The notes: generated by a model from the letters alone, not told the origin. Positions 21,015-31,717 are shown, counted from the stretch's first letter. The stretch: 64,000 nt of DNA from Candidatus Omnitrophota bacterium (GCA_041662125.1 JBAZTA010000001.1:582379-646378); one strand, 5' to 3'. Translations and numbers: made by a program.

Positions 21015-21215
21015 TTATTTCTTGCCGTATTTCTTCATGAACTTATCAACGCGGCCTGCTGAATCAACAAATTTCTGCTTGCCGGTAAAAAAAGGATGGC
21101 ACTTAGAGCAGATTTCAACCCTGATATTGGGTTTTGTTGAACGGGTTTGAATAATTTCCCCGCAGGCGCATACAATCGAACTATCTTTGTAATTCGGATG
21201 GATCTTGTCTTTCAT
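21015..21215 (-). CDS. rpmE: 50S ribosomal protein L31
   Basis: 66 aa; [27 protein letters not shown]...[22 protein letters not shown] upstream. Confidence 0.9.
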   Translation of the reverse strand: MKDKIHPNYKDSSIVCACGEIIQTRSTKPNIRVEICSKCHPFFTGKQKFVDSAGRVDKFMKKYGKK

Positions 21216-21250
21216 TTCTTTCTCCTTTACTGGTTACTGGTTACTCAATA

Positions 21251-22507
21251 CTACTGATTCATACTATTCAAAAACTCATCATTATTCTTAGTCTTGGCAA
21301 GCTTTTCAATCAACAATTCCATTGCCTCAACATTATTCAGGTCATTTAAGACCTTTCGTAATATCCAGACCCGCTGCAATTCATCCGGCCTCAAGAGTAA
21401 TTCTTCGTGGCGCGTATTAGAACGTTTAATATCAATGGCAGGATAAATCCTTCGCTGGAAAAGATTCCTGTCAAGCTGCAGCTCCATATTGCCGGTCCCT
21501 TTAAATTCTTCAAAAATAACTTCATCCATACGGCTGCCGGTATCAACAAGGGCGGTAGCGATGATGGTCAGGCTTCCTCCTTCGTCAATGGCGCGCGCTG
21601 CTCCAAAGAAACGTTTTGGTTTTTGCAAAGCGTTTGCGTCAATACCTCCTGAAAGGACTTTCCCGCTGTGCGGCACAACCGCGTTATACGCGCGGGCAAG
21701 GCGGGTAATACTATCCAGGAGTATCACGACATCCCGTTTATGTTCAGTCAATCGTTTAGCTTTTTCCAGGACAATCTCAGCGACCTGAATATGCCGTTCC
21801 GGGGGCTCATCAAAGGTAGAAGAAATAACTTCTCCCCTGACATTACGCTGCATATCGGTAACTTCTTCAGGGCGCTCATCGATTAATAAGACAATCAAGA
21901 CCACATCCGGATTATTATTCATGATCGCATTCCCAAGCTTTTGCAGGAGCACGGTCTTGCCGCTATACGGCTGGGCGACGATCAAGCCACGCTGGCCTTT
22001 ACCCAAAGGAGTCAAGAGGCTCATAACACGCATCGATATCTCCTCAGGCTTTGTCTCCAGAATAAACCGCTGATGAGGATAAATCGGTGTTAAATTATCA
22101 AAAAGTATTTTCTCTTTCGTATCTTCGGGTTTCTCAAAGTTGACCGCTTCAACCTTCAAGAGGGCGAAATATTTCTCTCCTTCTTTAGGAGGACGTATCT
22201 GGCCGCTGACCGTGTCTCCGGTGCGCAGGTCAAACTTGCGTATTTGCGACGGAGAAATATAAATGTCATCCGGGCAGGGCAAATAATTATAATTCGGGCT
22301 GCGCAGGAAACCGAATCCTTCGGGAAGAATTTCTAAAATACCTTCCCCGAACATAAGGCCCTCTTTTTCCGCCTGCGCCTGCAGCAGTTTAAAGATCAAG
22401 TCCTGCTTCTTTAAACCGCTTATACCATTCACATTCAACTCTCTGGCAAGCTTACTTAATTCCACGATTTTCATATCCTTCAAATTTCCAATATCCAACT
22501 TTTCCAC
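21251..22507 (-). CDS. rho: transcription termination factor Rho
   Basis: 418 aa; N-terminal and CSD regions, Walker A AQPYSGKT, and RecA-like motifs. Confidence 0.93.
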   Translation of the reverse strand: MEKLDIGNLKDMKIVELSKLARELNVNGISGLKKQDLIFKLLQAQAEKEGLMFGEGILEILPEGFGFLRSPNYNYLPCPDDIYISPSQIRKFDLRTGDTVSGQIRPPKEGEKYFALLKVEAVNFEKPEDTKEKILFDNLTPIYPHQRFILETKPEEISMRVMSLLTPLGKGQRGLIVAQPYSGKTVLLQKLGNAIMNNNPDVVLIVLLIDERPEEVTDMQRNVRGEVISSTFDEPPERHIQVAEIVLEKAKRLTEHKRDVVILLDSITRLARAYNAVVPHSGKVLSGGIDANALQKPKRFFGAARAIDEGGSLTIIATALVDTGSRMDEVIFEEFKGTGNMELQLDRNLFQRRIYPAIDIKRSNTRHEELLLRPDELQRVWILRKVLNDLNNVEAMELLIEKLAKTKNNDEFLNSMNQ

Positions 22508-23229
22508 TACTTCCTCCCTTGTTCTTTGCGTATCTTCGTACTCTTTTGCTTGTTGGCCAAGCCGGCGCTTAAGATGCCAAAAATCGCTAACGCCTGTTTT
22601 CTTGTCCTACTCTTTGTTTGATCGTTATCTATTACAAAATCCGCCAAAGCAACCTTTTCTTTAAGCGGGATTTGACATGCAATCCTTTTTTTTATCTCCG
22701 ATTGCAAGAGGCCGGTTTTCTTCCTGATACGTTTGATCTGCGTATCAGGGCTTACGGTCACGACGATAAGCTTATCCACTAATTTCATCAAACCTGCTTC
22801 CACCAATAATGGCGCATCTAATACAATAACCCCTGTTGTATGCGCCTTGATCCCCGCCTTGACCATGCGTATGACTTCAGGATGAATAATCCTGTTCAGG
22901 CAAGATAGGCGCGCCTTATCGTTAAAAACGATCTTCCCCAGTTTCCGGCGATCAATAGTCAAATCCTTTTTGAGGATACCTTTCCCGAAAACCCGGATTA
23001 TTCTTTGATAGACAACACAAGGAGCTTTAATCAAGGAATGCGCGATCGTATCGGCATCAATAACGTGTGCTCCGCGGCTGGCAAATACTCTGGCGACACT
23101 GCTTTTACCGCTGCCGAAACTTCCCGTAAGCCCAACAACAACTTTTACACGCGGGTTCTTCTGGTTAGGTACTACTGACACTGTTCTCCCCTTAGGCAGA
23201 AGCGCATGCCTTCTTGTATAACTGGACAT
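22507..23229 (-). CDS. coaE: dephospho-CoA kinase
   Basis: [34 protein letters not shown] is the CoaE P-loop. The ORF-track start at 23289 overlaps glgA by ~100 nt, so an internal ATG (MSSYTRR...) at ~23229 is preferred. The exact start is uncertain. Confidence 0.75.
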   Translation of the reverse strand: MSSYTRRHALLPKGRTVSVVPNQKNPRVKVVVGLTGSFGSGKSSVARVFASRGAHVIDADTIAHSLIKAPCVVYQRIIRVFGKGILKKDLTIDRRKLGKIVFNDKARLSCLNRIIHPEVIRMVKAGIKAHTTGVIVLDAPLLVEAGLMKLVDKLIVVTVSPDTQIKRIRKKTGLLQSEIKKRIACQIPLKEKVALADFVIDNDQTKSRTRKQALAIFGILSAGLANKQKSTKIRKEQGRK

Positions 23230-24586
23230 ATTTCTTAGCGGAATTTTCCCAGGCAAACTGAGCATGCATCGCCGCTTCAATAAGCGCAAGCCATTTTTTC
23301 TTGAGTTTAAATACAGCAGTTGCCTTCTTGAGCGTCGCGATCAATGCTGCCGGGCTATATTCATCAAAGATAAAGCCGTTTTGAGGCGTAACCGTATCTG
23401 CCAGGCCACCGGTTTTAAACACAAGCGGGATTGTCCCATAGCGCAAACTGATCAACTGCCCCAAACCACAGGGTTCATATTTAGAAGGCATCAGGAAAAT
23501 ATCAGAACCAGCGTATATTTTATGCGCGAGCGTATCATCAAATTTTAGTTGCAGCGAAATGACCTTAGGATATTTCTTCACCATCGCTTCCAAGATCTGA
23601 TGGTATTTTAAATCGCCGGTCCCCAGGATCACCAGCTGAAGATTCATCTTGCAAATCTTATCGATCGCCTGCGCTAAAATATCAAACCCTTTTTGCTCGG
23701 CAAGCCGTGAGACAATACCCACCAGAGGGACATCATCCTTAAGGGGAAGTTTACAGATCCCCTGTAAATCTTTTTTATTCTCAGCCTTCCTCTGAATAGA
23801 ATCAAAAGCATATACTGCTTTAAGAAAGGTATCTTTTTCAGGGTTCCAAATATTGTAATCAAGGCCGTTTAAAATTCCCAGCACTGCCTCTCCTCGTTTT
23901 GACAACACGCCCTCAAGGCCAAAACCGAATTCTTTGGTACGGATCTCCCTGCTATAGGTGGGGCTTACGGTCGTGACGAAATCAGAAAAAACAATGCCGC
24001 CTTTTAAGATATTTACTTTATCAAAGAATTCAAGCATCTCCATATTAAAAAGGCTCCAGTCCAGGCCTAATTTAGGGAACTCAGCTTTGGCAAAAAGCCC
24101 CTGATACCCCATATTATGGATCGTCACTATTGTCTTAGCTGCCTTGTAAAACGGGTCATTAGCATACAAATTCTTTAAATACACCGGGATCAGCGCCGAC
24201 TGCCAATCATGGCAATGGATAATATCTGCTTTAAAATTAACCTCTTTTAATAAACCGATCGCCCTGCGGGAATAATATGAAAACCTATCGAGATTATCCG
24301 GATAATCACCAGCTTTATCGCCATAAAGCCCGTCACGGTTAAAATATTGTTCGTTTTCCACAAAATAAACTTTAACATTCTCTCCGATTATAGAATACGC
24401 CATGCCGCTTTTGGACTTGCTTATCTTTATGGACTTTAGATTTCTTATCGCTTTATACCCGGGCATGATAACTATGACTTCCTGCCCCGCAGCTTCTAAT
24501 GCCTGCGGCAAAGCGCCGGCAACATCTGCTAACCCCCCGGTTTTTGCAAACGGAACAACCTCACTTGCACATATCGCTATTTTCAT
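23192..24586 (-). CDS. glgA: glycogen synthase (ADP-glucose type)
   Basis: 464 aa; MKIAICASEVVPFAKTGGLADV is the GlgA N-terminal signature. GT5/GT1 fold. Confidence 0.9.
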   Translation of the reverse strand: MKIAICASEVVPFAKTGGLADVAGALPQALEAAGQEVIVIMPGYKAIRNLKSIKISKSKSGMAYSIIGENVKVYFVENEQYFNRDGLYGDKAGDYPDNLDRFSYYSRRAIGLLKEVNFKADIIHCHDWQSALIPVYLKNLYANDPFYKAAKTIVTIHNMGYQGLFAKAEFPKLGLDWSLFNMEMLEFFDKVNILKGGIVFSDFVTTVSPTYSREIRTKEFGFGLEGVLSKRGEAVLGILNGLDYNIWNPEKDTFLKAVYAFDSIQRKAENKKDLQGICKLPLKDDVPLVGIVSRLAEQKGFDILAQAIDKICKMNLQLVILGTGDLKYHQILEAMVKKYPKVISLQLKFDDTLAHKIYAGSDIFLMPSKYEPCGLGQLISLRYGTIPLVFKTGGLADTVTPQNGFIFDEYSPAALIATLKKATAVFKLKKKWLALIEAAMHAQFAWENSAKKYVQLYKKACASA

Positions 24587-24653
24587 CTGAAACCCTCCCC
24601 TTCATTAACCAGCATTTGCGAGGACAACACTCCCCCTACAGCAAATCATTTTT

Positions 24654-27194
24654 CTACGGATACTCCTGCATATCCAGCCAATTCTTACCCGTTTTTATAT
24701 CCACTTTTATCGGGACCGCTAACGTAAACACATGCTCCATTTTATCTTTAATGATACCCACGCAAAGATGCATCTGTTTCTGAGGGATATCAAACACCAA
24801 TTCATCGTGTATCTGCAGCAGCATCGTAGCCTTTAATCTTTGCTTTGACAGCGCTGCCTGTATATTGACCATCGCCAACTTGATCAGATCGCTGGCTGAG
24901 CCTTGTATCGGAGTATTGACCGCCTGGCGTTCAGCAAACTGGCGTATCCCCTGATTCTTATTATTTATCTCCGGGATATACCGCCTCCTGCCGGAAAGAG
25001 TAGTTACAAAACCATTTTTACGCGCCAAAGCAATCTGTTCCTGAATATACTGTTTCACCCTCGGGTACCGGAGGAAATAGGCATCGATAAAATTCTGCGC
25101 TTCGGCGTGAGAAATCGACAAATCTCTGGCAAGGCCAAATGAACTCAACCCATAGATAATACCGAAATTTACCCGCTTAGCGGTATCCCGCATAGATTCA
25201 GTGACTACAGAAGGGTCTCTCTGATAAATCAAAGAAGCAGTAATACGGTGTATATCGTTACCTATCTTGAAATCTGATATAAGTTGTTCATCTTTCGAGA
25301 TGTGCGCTAAAATCCGCAATTCAACTTGCGAATAATCACACGATGCCAGAGAACTATCAGGATGCAAAGCGATAATCGCACGCCGGATATTTTTCCCTAT
25401 ATCAGTTTTGATCGGGATATTCTGGAGGTTAGGATTACTGGAACTTAACCTTCCTGTTTCCGTCACCGCCTGGTTAAATGACGTATGGATCCTGCCGGTA
25501 CGCGCATCTACCATATTTGGCAATGCGTCAATATAGGTTGACTTCAATTTTGATAATTGCCGGTATTCAAGCAGCAATGCCGGCAACTGATGCGTTGCAG
25601 CCAATGTCCGCAGGACCTCTTCATCTGTAGACGGACCGGTCTTATTCTTCTTGACCACCGGCAGCTTTAGTTTCTCAAATAAAACCTCTCTTAATTGCTT
25701 CGGTGAATTAATATTAAACTGGCTGCCGCTGGTTGTATAAATATCTTCGATTAACTGGATAAGCCTTTTTTCTACATCAACCGAAAGCTTACGCAAGACC
25801 TCCAAATCCAACTTAATTCCAACAAGCTCCATCTGCGCCAAAACGCCGACCAGCGGCATTTCAATCCCGGCAAAAAGCTTATCAAGTGATTTATCCTCTA
25901 ACTCTTTCTCTAACCGGGGTTTTAACTCTCTGATCAAATCAACCGCTTCCTGGAGATTCCCTTCAATAGCCGCAAGAGGCTTACCTAAATAATCCCACGC
26001 CAGGTCAGAAAGCGCATACTCCCCTTTTGAAGGATTCAGCAAATATCCGGCTATCATCGTATCAAAGAACAACCCCTCTAAAACAATGCCGCGCTGCGCC
26101 AATGATATCTTTGTTTTCTTTAAATCATGGCTTATTTTTTTAATATGCGGGTTCTCCAGGATCTCTTTAAACTTGGCGTTCTCATGCTTCAAAGAAAAAA
26201 CTTTATCAAGAACGCAAAATATCAGCTCAGAGTCAGGGTTTGCGTAAAGGATAAGCTCTGTGCCCTCTTTAACTAAGTCGCTGGCCGCCGTATCAGTTAA
26301 AACAGGAATTGCCGAATGACTCAGGGATATTTCCTGCACGGGAAGCTCTTTAGCAAACGCCTTAAATTCCAATTTCTGAAAAAGACGGAATAATGCCGGG
26401 TAATCAGGATGGTTAAGCTTAAGGGCATCAAGCTCAAAATCGAGGTCGAGGCCGTTCTGGAGAACAGCCAATTCCTTATTGAGCTTTATACGCTCCCGAT
26501 GCTCACCTACGGCTGTCCTTATCTTCACCGACTTAATCTCATCCGAGCGCTTGAGTACTTCATCCAAAGAACCAAACTGTTTCAAGAGGGACAACGCGGT
26601 TTTCTCTCCGATTCCGGGAACCCCCGGGATATTATCAACATCATCCCCCATCAGGGCGACTACATCGCTTATCTGGGAAGGGTGCAGGCCGAAACGCGCT
26701 ACAATCTCAGCTTCGCCGTAAAATACCCCTTTATCTTTGTAAGGGCTATAGACTTTAGTATTATTATCAACCAACTGCAGGATATCTTTATCAGAACTGA
26801 CAATAGTCGTCGACACCTTCTTTTCTTTGGCTTTCTTTGCCAGGGTCGCCAAGACATCATCAGCTTCAAAACCTTCTTTTTCAAATAACGCGATACCGTA
26901 AGCCGCAACAATTTCTTTGATCAAGGGGATCTGGCTTGAAAGATCATCAGGCATAGGCGGGCGGTTGCTTTTATATTCCGTGAATTTCTTTTGCCGAAAG
27001 GTATCCCGCGAAACATCAAAACAAACCGCCAGAAAATCGGGCTTTCTTTCTTTTAAAATCTTATGCAACATGATAACAAAACCATAAACAGCATTCGTCG
27101 GCTGTCCATAGGATGTCGCAAGCCCTTTGAGCCCGTAAAAAGCCCGGTAACAAAAAGCGGTAGCATCAATAAGATATAACTGCTGATCGGCCAT
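24654..27194 (-). CDS. polA: DNA polymerase I (5'-3' exonuclease + polymerase; short form)
   Basis: 846 aa. N-terminal 5'-nuclease (LIDATAFCYRAFY, GVPGIGEKTA), polymerase motif A (DYSQVELRILAH) and motif B (RDTAKRVNFGIIYG). Confidence 0.92.
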   Translation of the reverse strand: MADQQLYLIDATAFCYRAFYGLKGLATSYGQPTNAVYGFVIMLHKILKERKPDFLAVCFDVSRDTFRQKKFTEYKSNRPPMPDDLSSQIPLIKEIVAAYGIALFEKEGFEADDVLATLAKKAKEKKVSTTIVSSDKDILQLVDNNTKVYSPYKDKGVFYGEAEIVARFGLHPSQISDVVALMGDDVDNIPGVPGIGEKTALSLLKQFGSLDEVLKRSDEIKSVKIRTAVGEHRERIKLNKELAVLQNGLDLDFELDALKLNHPDYPALFRLFQKLEFKAFAKELPVQEISLSHSAIPVLTDTAASDLVKEGTELILYANPDSELIFCVLDKVFSLKHENAKFKEILENPHIKKISHDLKKTKISLAQRGIVLEGLFFDTMIAGYLLNPSKGEYALSDLAWDYLGKPLAAIEGNLQEAVDLIRELKPRLEKELEDKSLDKLFAGIEMPLVGVLAQMELVGIKLDLEVLRKLSVDVEKRLIQLIEDIYTTSGSQFNINSPKQLREVLFEKLKLPVVKKNKTGPSTDEEVLRTLAATHQLPALLLEYRQLSKLKSTYIDALPNMVDARTGRIHTSFNQAVTETGRLSSSNPNLQNIPIKTDIGKNIRRAIIALHPDSSLASCDYSQVELRILAHISKDEQLISDFKIGNDIHRITASLIYQRDPSVVTESMRDTAKRVNFGIIYGLSSFGLARDLSISHAEAQNFIDAYFLRYPRVKQYIQEQIALARKNGFVTTLSGRRRYIPEINNKNQGIRQFAERQAVNTPIQGSASDLIKLAMVNIQAALSKQRLKATMLLQIHDELVFDIPQKQMHLCVGIIKDKMEHVFTLAVPIKVDIKTGKNWLDMQEYP

Positions 27195-27246
27195 TAACTA
27201 ATCACTGGATTTCATTGTTATGGTAGGGACTAAAATTTGTGGTTTA

Positions 27247-28035
27247 CTATCGAGACAATGCTCTTCTTTGGATTTTAACAATAAACGCTTCGATTTCAGC
27301 ATTATCAGGGTCAAACTGTTGCGCATTGATTGCTTGCGCAAAGGCTGCAGGATAATCTTTTTTGGCATAACTTCGTTTTGCTTTAGAAAAGATATCCTTG
27401 GCAAATTCTCTATCATTCTCTCGAAGGAGAGATTTCCTCTGAGAGATCTCTCCCATATAATCAATTATTTCCTGTTCCCGGTATCCATGCCCCCCTAAGA
27501 TAACATGGATGTCTCGTAACCGTTGGATAGCTTTTTGAGTCCACGGGTCGCCTTCTTGGCCCAACTTCGCTCTTTTATCCCAACAATATTCCGCTTTTTT
27601 CAGGTCTCGTTTTCCCTCATACAAGAAAGCGAGATTTGAATACCCGCTGATAAAATTCGGATCTATCTGTACCGCTTTCAAATAATTTTCTTCCGCACGG
27701 GAAATATCGCCTTTTGCCTCATAAATAACACCCACATCATTATACGCTGCAGCATACAGAGGATCGATCTCTACTGCTTTTTGATAATATTTTAATGCAT
27801 TCTCAGTATCTCCGGCTGTCTGTAATTGGAATCCCTGGCTACGGTATGCGCGAGCCTGCTCTGCAAGCGCCGGCATAGTTCGAGAAGGTAAATCACCGTT
27901 TACTCGCTCTGGCTGGTTTTGCGCATACGCAAAAGCGACAAGAGAACTTGAGAGTAAAACAGTTAACAAAACTTTTTGTGGGATATTTTTATGATTTAAG
28001 GTAAGCATCATAGATTCTTTGTATGTAATATACAA
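27247..28035 (-). CDS. secreted TPR-repeat protein
   Basis: 262 aa with a signal peptide (likely true start MMLTLNHKNIPQKVLLTVLLSSSLVAFAYAQ), followed by 4-5 TPR units (AxxYxxQG..A..YY.KA...DP). Confidence 0.65.
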   Translation of the reverse strand: MYITYKESMMLTLNHKNIPQKVLLTVLLSSSLVAFAYAQNQPERVNGDLPSRTMPALAEQARAYRSQGFQLQTAGDTENALKYYQKAVEIDPLYAAAYNDVGVIYEAKGDISRAEENYLKAVQIDPNFISGYSNLAFLYEGKRDLKKAEYCWDKRAKLGQEGDPWTQKAIQRLRDIHVILGGHGYREQEIIDYMGEISQRKSLLRENDREFAKDIFSKAKRSYAKKDYPAAFAQAINAQQFDPDNAEIEAFIVKIQRRALSR

Positions 28036-28099
28036 AAAATACGGGTAAAAGTCAAGTAAAATTAATTAATAATTTGCCTTAAAAACAAAAAGAAAGCTT

Positions 28100-29062
28100 C
28101 TAATTCCCTAATGCTTGTATCAAACTCTCAACAACACGCTTTGATTCAGCGATCACTTCTTCCCAAGTCTTCACCCCCCTGGCAGCATCCTGACGCATAC
28201 ACACTGTCCCACAGGCAAAAACATTTTGCAGACACGTACGCATCCCTGCATCCACCTCGATAAAATCATCTTTAATAGCTATATCGGCATTCTTGAGGAA
28301 ATCAATATTACTTTTTAATTCATCCATGAATACAACCGATGAGGCGCAGATGATCTTGCCTTCGCTGAGTTTTACCGCCTGCACAGAAGACTCGCCAATG
28401 ATCTCAATAACGCGGCTTTGAATACGCTCCACATGAGCAGAAGCCTCAGGCTGGCCACTTGCTTCCTGAGAAACTAACAGATCAGGATTGTGCGCTGTCG
28501 CAGCCAAGGCCGGCTCGGTAACCCGCGCCTCATGGAGCAACTCAACAGAGATCAATTTTACTTCTTTTTTCTGTTTTGCCGCCAGCTCTAAAGCAAAACG
28601 CTCTGCGCTCAGGCCTGACCCTACGATACAAACCGAATCCCCGCTGCCATACTGATGGAAATTCTTGCTATCGCTTAATGAATAAAGCCTGAATACTCCA
28701 TTTTTCTTGACCCCGGGAATCTCAGGAAGAAGAAAATTCCTGCCGGAACAAATAACCAAAAAATCGTACTCAAGACTTTCCCTGTTTTTAAAATGAATGG
28801 TTTTTTTATTCGTATTGATCGAGGAAACTTTACTGTCTTTAAAAAAATCAATATTCCTTTGCTGATAGAAATCGTTTGCGCAAAGGAATAAGTCTTTTTC
28901 TTTTATGGAACCCGCAGCAAAGTCGAGTAAACGCCTGCGGTCATACACAGGATATTTTTCTTCAGTTACCAGTATGACCTGGCAATCCTGCCGCATTTCC
29001 CGCAACCTTGTTGCCACCGCGTGGCCCGCGCATGAAGCCCCAACGATAACAATTTTTGCCAT
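28100..29062 (-). CDS. FAD/NAD(P)-binding pyridine nucleotide-disulfide oxidoreductase family protein (truncated-type, ~320 aa)
   Basis: Two Rossmann dinucleotide motifs (KIVIVGASCAGHAVA; SVCIVGSGLSAERFA) and an NfnB/rubredoxin-reductase-like layout. It lies 14 nt downstream of metF. Confidence 0.6.
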   Translation of the reverse strand: MAKIVIVGASCAGHAVATRLREMRQDCQVILVTEEKYPVYDRRRLLDFAAGSIKEKDLFLCANDFYQQRNIDFFKDSKVSSINTNKKTIHFKNRESLEYDFLVICSGRNFLLPEIPGVKKNGVFRLYSLSDSKNFHQYGSGDSVCIVGSGLSAERFALELAAKQKKEVKLISVELLHEARVTEPALAATAHNPDLLVSQEASGQPEASAHVERIQSRVIEIIGESSVQAVKLSEGKIICASSVVFMDELKSNIDFLKNADIAIKDDFIEVDAGMRTCLQNVFACGTVCMRQDAARGVKTWEEVIAESKRVVESLIQALGN

Positions 29063-29076
29063 TATGACTTCCTTAT

Positions 29077-29946
29077 TTATAAACCTGCCGCATCAAAAAC
29101 TCCAGGCAGGAATCTATTCCACCCAATAGGCATGATATGAACGCCCCGGCACATCGGTTTTAATTCTTTGATCAGCCGCGCGGCAATCGCCGTTGCCTGC
29201 GCTGGTTTATTCAAGGTATCGGACATCTCTTTAATGAAGATCTCCGGGACAAATACTCCGGGAACATTTTTATTCATATACCGCGCCATATTGGCTGACT
29301 TTAATAAAACAACCCCTGCGATAATCGGAACATTGAGATGCTTTGTCTTTGACAAGAATGTTTCAAAGACCGAGATATCAAATATCGCCTGTGTCTGAAA
29401 GAAATCAACACCCGCGGCGATCTTTTTCTCCATCTTCATGATCTGCGGCTCAAGCGGGTCTGCGCCAGGATTAACCACTGCCCCCACGCAGAATTTCGGG
29501 GCCAATCCTTCTAATGCGTTGCCTTTCATATCCCGGCCTTCCTGTAAACCTTTAACTACCTGTAATAATTGCACGGAATCCAGATCAAAAACAGGCTTTG
29601 CTTCGGGATGGTCTCCTAATGACGGATGGTCACCGGTCAGAATGAGCAGGTTTTCAATCCCTAAAGCCGCGGCGGATAAAATATCGGATTGCAAAGCCAG
29701 ACGGTTACGGTCACGGCAGGTAAGCTGATAAATCGGCTCAAAACCACGCTGCTTCAAAAGGCTACAGACCGCCAGGGATCCCAGGCGCATTACTGAACTC
29801 TGCAAATCAGTGACATTGATGGCGTCAACGCGGTTACGGATAAGTTCGGCTTCCGCCAAGATCTGTATAGTGTGAATCCCTTTCGGGGGTCCGATCTCAG
29901 AGGTTACCAGGAATTTCCCAGACTGAATTTTTTCTTTTAACAACAT
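29077..29946 (-). CDS. metF: 5,10-methylenetetrahydrofolate reductase (acetogen/MetF-type)
   Basis: 289 aa; GKFLVTSEIGPPKG and the TIM-barrel MTHFR pattern (HIMPIGW). Confidence 0.8.
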   Translation of the reverse strand: MLLKEKIQSGKFLVTSEIGPPKGIHTIQILAEAELIRNRVDAINVTDLQSSVMRLGSLAVCSLLKQRGFEPIYQLTCRDRNRLALQSDILSAAALGIENLLILTGDHPSLGDHPEAKPVFDLDSVQLLQVVKGLQEGRDMKGNALEGLAPKFCVGAVVNPGADPLEPQIMKMEKKIAAGVDFFQTQAIFDISVFETFLSKTKHLNVPIIAGVVLLKSANMARYMNKNVPGVFVPEIFIKEMSDTLNKPAQATAIAARLIKELKPMCRGVHIMPIGWNRFLPGVFDAAGL

Positions 29947-29960
29947 TCTACCCTGTGTGG

Positions 29961-30782
29961 TTATTTTTTCGCGGCAATTTCCTGTATATGTTTTTCCAAA
30001 CTCAACGCATCATCCTGACGGCCGATCTTACGGTAAAAATCAACCATATTCTTTAAGACAACCGTAGTATTGGGATGATCTTTCCCAAAAGCTTTTTCTA
30101 TAATGGCAAGAGCGCGCTGATACAACGGTTCTGCTTCAAAATAATTACGCTGTGTCGTATAAAGGACCGCCATATTATTCAAGGTCTGCGCGACTGCCGG
30201 ATCGTCCGGCCCCAACGACTTCTCCCAAATCCCCAAAGCTCTTTTATACAACGATTCTGCGATATCGAATTTTGCCTGGGAATTATACAGTAATGCCAGA
30301 TTATTCAAGACCGTCCCTAATTCAGGATGGTCGGGGCCCAGAGACTTTTCCCATATCGAGATAGTACGCAGGTACAGCGTCTCCCCCTCGGGCAATCGTT
30401 TTCGACTGTCATAAAAACAGGCCAGATTATACATAGAAGCTGCCACATCCGGATGGTCGGGGCCTAAAACTTTTTCCGCCATCCCGATAGTACGCAGGTA
30501 ATATTTTTCAGCTTCCGCGTCCCTGCCCAGCGATTCATAGATCCGTGCCAGCGAATTCAGGGACTGGACAACATTGGGATTTTCAATACCAAAAGTTTCC
30601 TCAGCGACTTTTAACGCCTGTTCAGCCAAAGGCGCGGCATCCTGAAAATTCCCTGCCTGATAAAATTCGGTGACCTTATCATTGAGTTCGACCCAACTGG
30701 GCTTGCTTGCACATGCCGAAACATACCACATAAGCAAAATAACACTGCTCATAAACCATCGGCGTAGGGGAGTATTAATCAT
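29961..30782 (-). CDS. TPR-repeat lipoprotein
   Basis: 273 aa. Signal peptide with a VSAC lipobox, then ~6 tandem TPR units of kinesin-light-chain type (AxxLNNLAxLYxxQGxYxEAEPLYxRAL). Confidence 0.7.
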   Translation of the reverse strand: MINTPLRRWFMSSVILLMWYVSACASKPSWVELNDKVTEFYQAGNFQDAAPLAEQALKVAEETFGIENPNVVQSLNSLARIYESLGRDAEAEKYYLRTIGMAEKVLGPDHPDVAASMYNLACFYDSRKRLPEGETLYLRTISIWEKSLGPDHPELGTVLNNLALLYNSQAKFDIAESLYKRALGIWEKSLGPDDPAVAQTLNNMAVLYTTQRNYFEAEPLYQRALAIIEKAFGKDHPNTTVVLKNMVDFYRKIGRQDDALSLEKHIQEIAAKK

Positions 30783-30804
30783 GCATCCTCATTCTTTTTC
30801 ATCC

Positions 30805-30833
30805 ATTATACATGAATTACTGCTTTTTAAAAA
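30805..30833 (-). promoter_or_regulatory. extended -10 promoter (TGTATAAT) for the TPR lipoprotein gene
   Basis: The minus strand reads ttttta-17nt-TGTATAAT (revcomp of 30805-30833). The predicted TSS is ~15 nt before the ATG, with a GAGGA SD in between. Confidence 0.35.
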
Positions 30834-30862
30834 TAAAGAGGACCCGGCGTTATGTATTGCTC

Positions 30863-31717
30863 TTATACGCCAAGCTTTGCGGCTTCAACCAAATTACGCA
30901 TCAACATGGTAACCGTAAGCGGCCCTACCCCGCCGGGAACAGGCGTAATCCAGGAGGCGCGCTTTTCTGCCTGCGTAAACGCGATATCCCCGACGGTTTT
31001 ATCGCCCGCCTTATTGATCCCGACATCAATAACAACAGCCCCCTCTTTTATCCATTCACCCGGTATCAACTCCGCCTTTCCCACAGCCACGATCAAAACT
31101 TCTGCTCTGCCGACATAATCCCGGAGCTTTCCGGCTTTACTGGTAGCAATATGGCAAACGCTCACCGTGGCAAGCCGGTTCAGCAATAAAAGGCACAAGG
31201 GTTTACCAACGATCTCGCTATGCCCGACGATTACGACATCTTTACCGGAAAGCTCTACCTGCGTTTCTTTGATCAACTCCATAACAGCTGCAGCAGTACA
31301 GGGAATGATCTTTTCCCGGCCAAACAGGATCCCTCCGATATGTACCGGATGCATCCCTTCCACATCCTTGTTCACCGCGATCATTGCGCTTATCTTCTTA
31401 TTGTCCAGATGCGCCGGAACAGGCATCTGCACGATAATTCCGTTTACGGTTTTATCAGCGTTAAGCGCTGCGATAAATTCCTCTAGCTGCCGGTCAGAAA
31501 TATTTTTATCTAACGTATGGAGGCGGTATTCAATGCCAAGGGATAGAGCGGCTTTCTTTTGGACATTCGTATACATCTGAGTTGATTCATTCCTGCCGAT
31601 CTCAATACTGGCTAAAATAAGAGGGGACCCTCTCTCTGCTTTGAGGCGTTCCACCTCAAAGCGCAAGCCGGATTTAATCTTCTCCGCTAAAGCTTTACCC
31701 TCTAATAATCTCGCCAA
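30863..31717 (-). CDS. folD: bifunctional methylenetetrahydrofolate dehydrogenase / methenyltetrahydrofolate cyclohydrolase
   Basis: 284 aa; MARLLEGKALAEKI..., VIVGHSEIVGKP and PVPGGVGPLTV motifs. Confidence 0.9.
   Translation of the reverse strand: MARLLEGKALAEKIKSGLRFEVERLKAERGSPLILASIEIGRNESTQMYTNVQKKAALSLGIEYRLHTLDKNISDRQLEEFIAALNADKTVNGIIVQMPVPAHLDNKKISAMIAVNKDVEGMHPVHIGGILFGREKIIPCTAAAVMELIKETQVELSGKDVVIVGHSEIVGKPLCLLLLNRLATVSVCHIATSKAGKLRDYVGRAEVLIVAVGKAELIPGEWIKEGAVVIDVGINKAGDKTVGDIAFTQAEKRASWITPVPGGVGPLTVTMLMRNLVEAAKLGV

Noticed and set aside
21228-21245. Tandem repeat tactggt-tactggt-tact between rho and rpmE
   Set aside because: It is only 2.5 copies of a 7-mer in a 35-nt spacer, too short to call a repeat element. 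It is most likely part of the rpmE RBS region.
22507-23289. Apparent 60-aa N-terminal extension of CoaE overlapping glgA by ~100 nt
   Set aside because: The CoaE P-loop begins ~45 residues in, so the extension is probably an ORF-calling artefact and the true start is internal.
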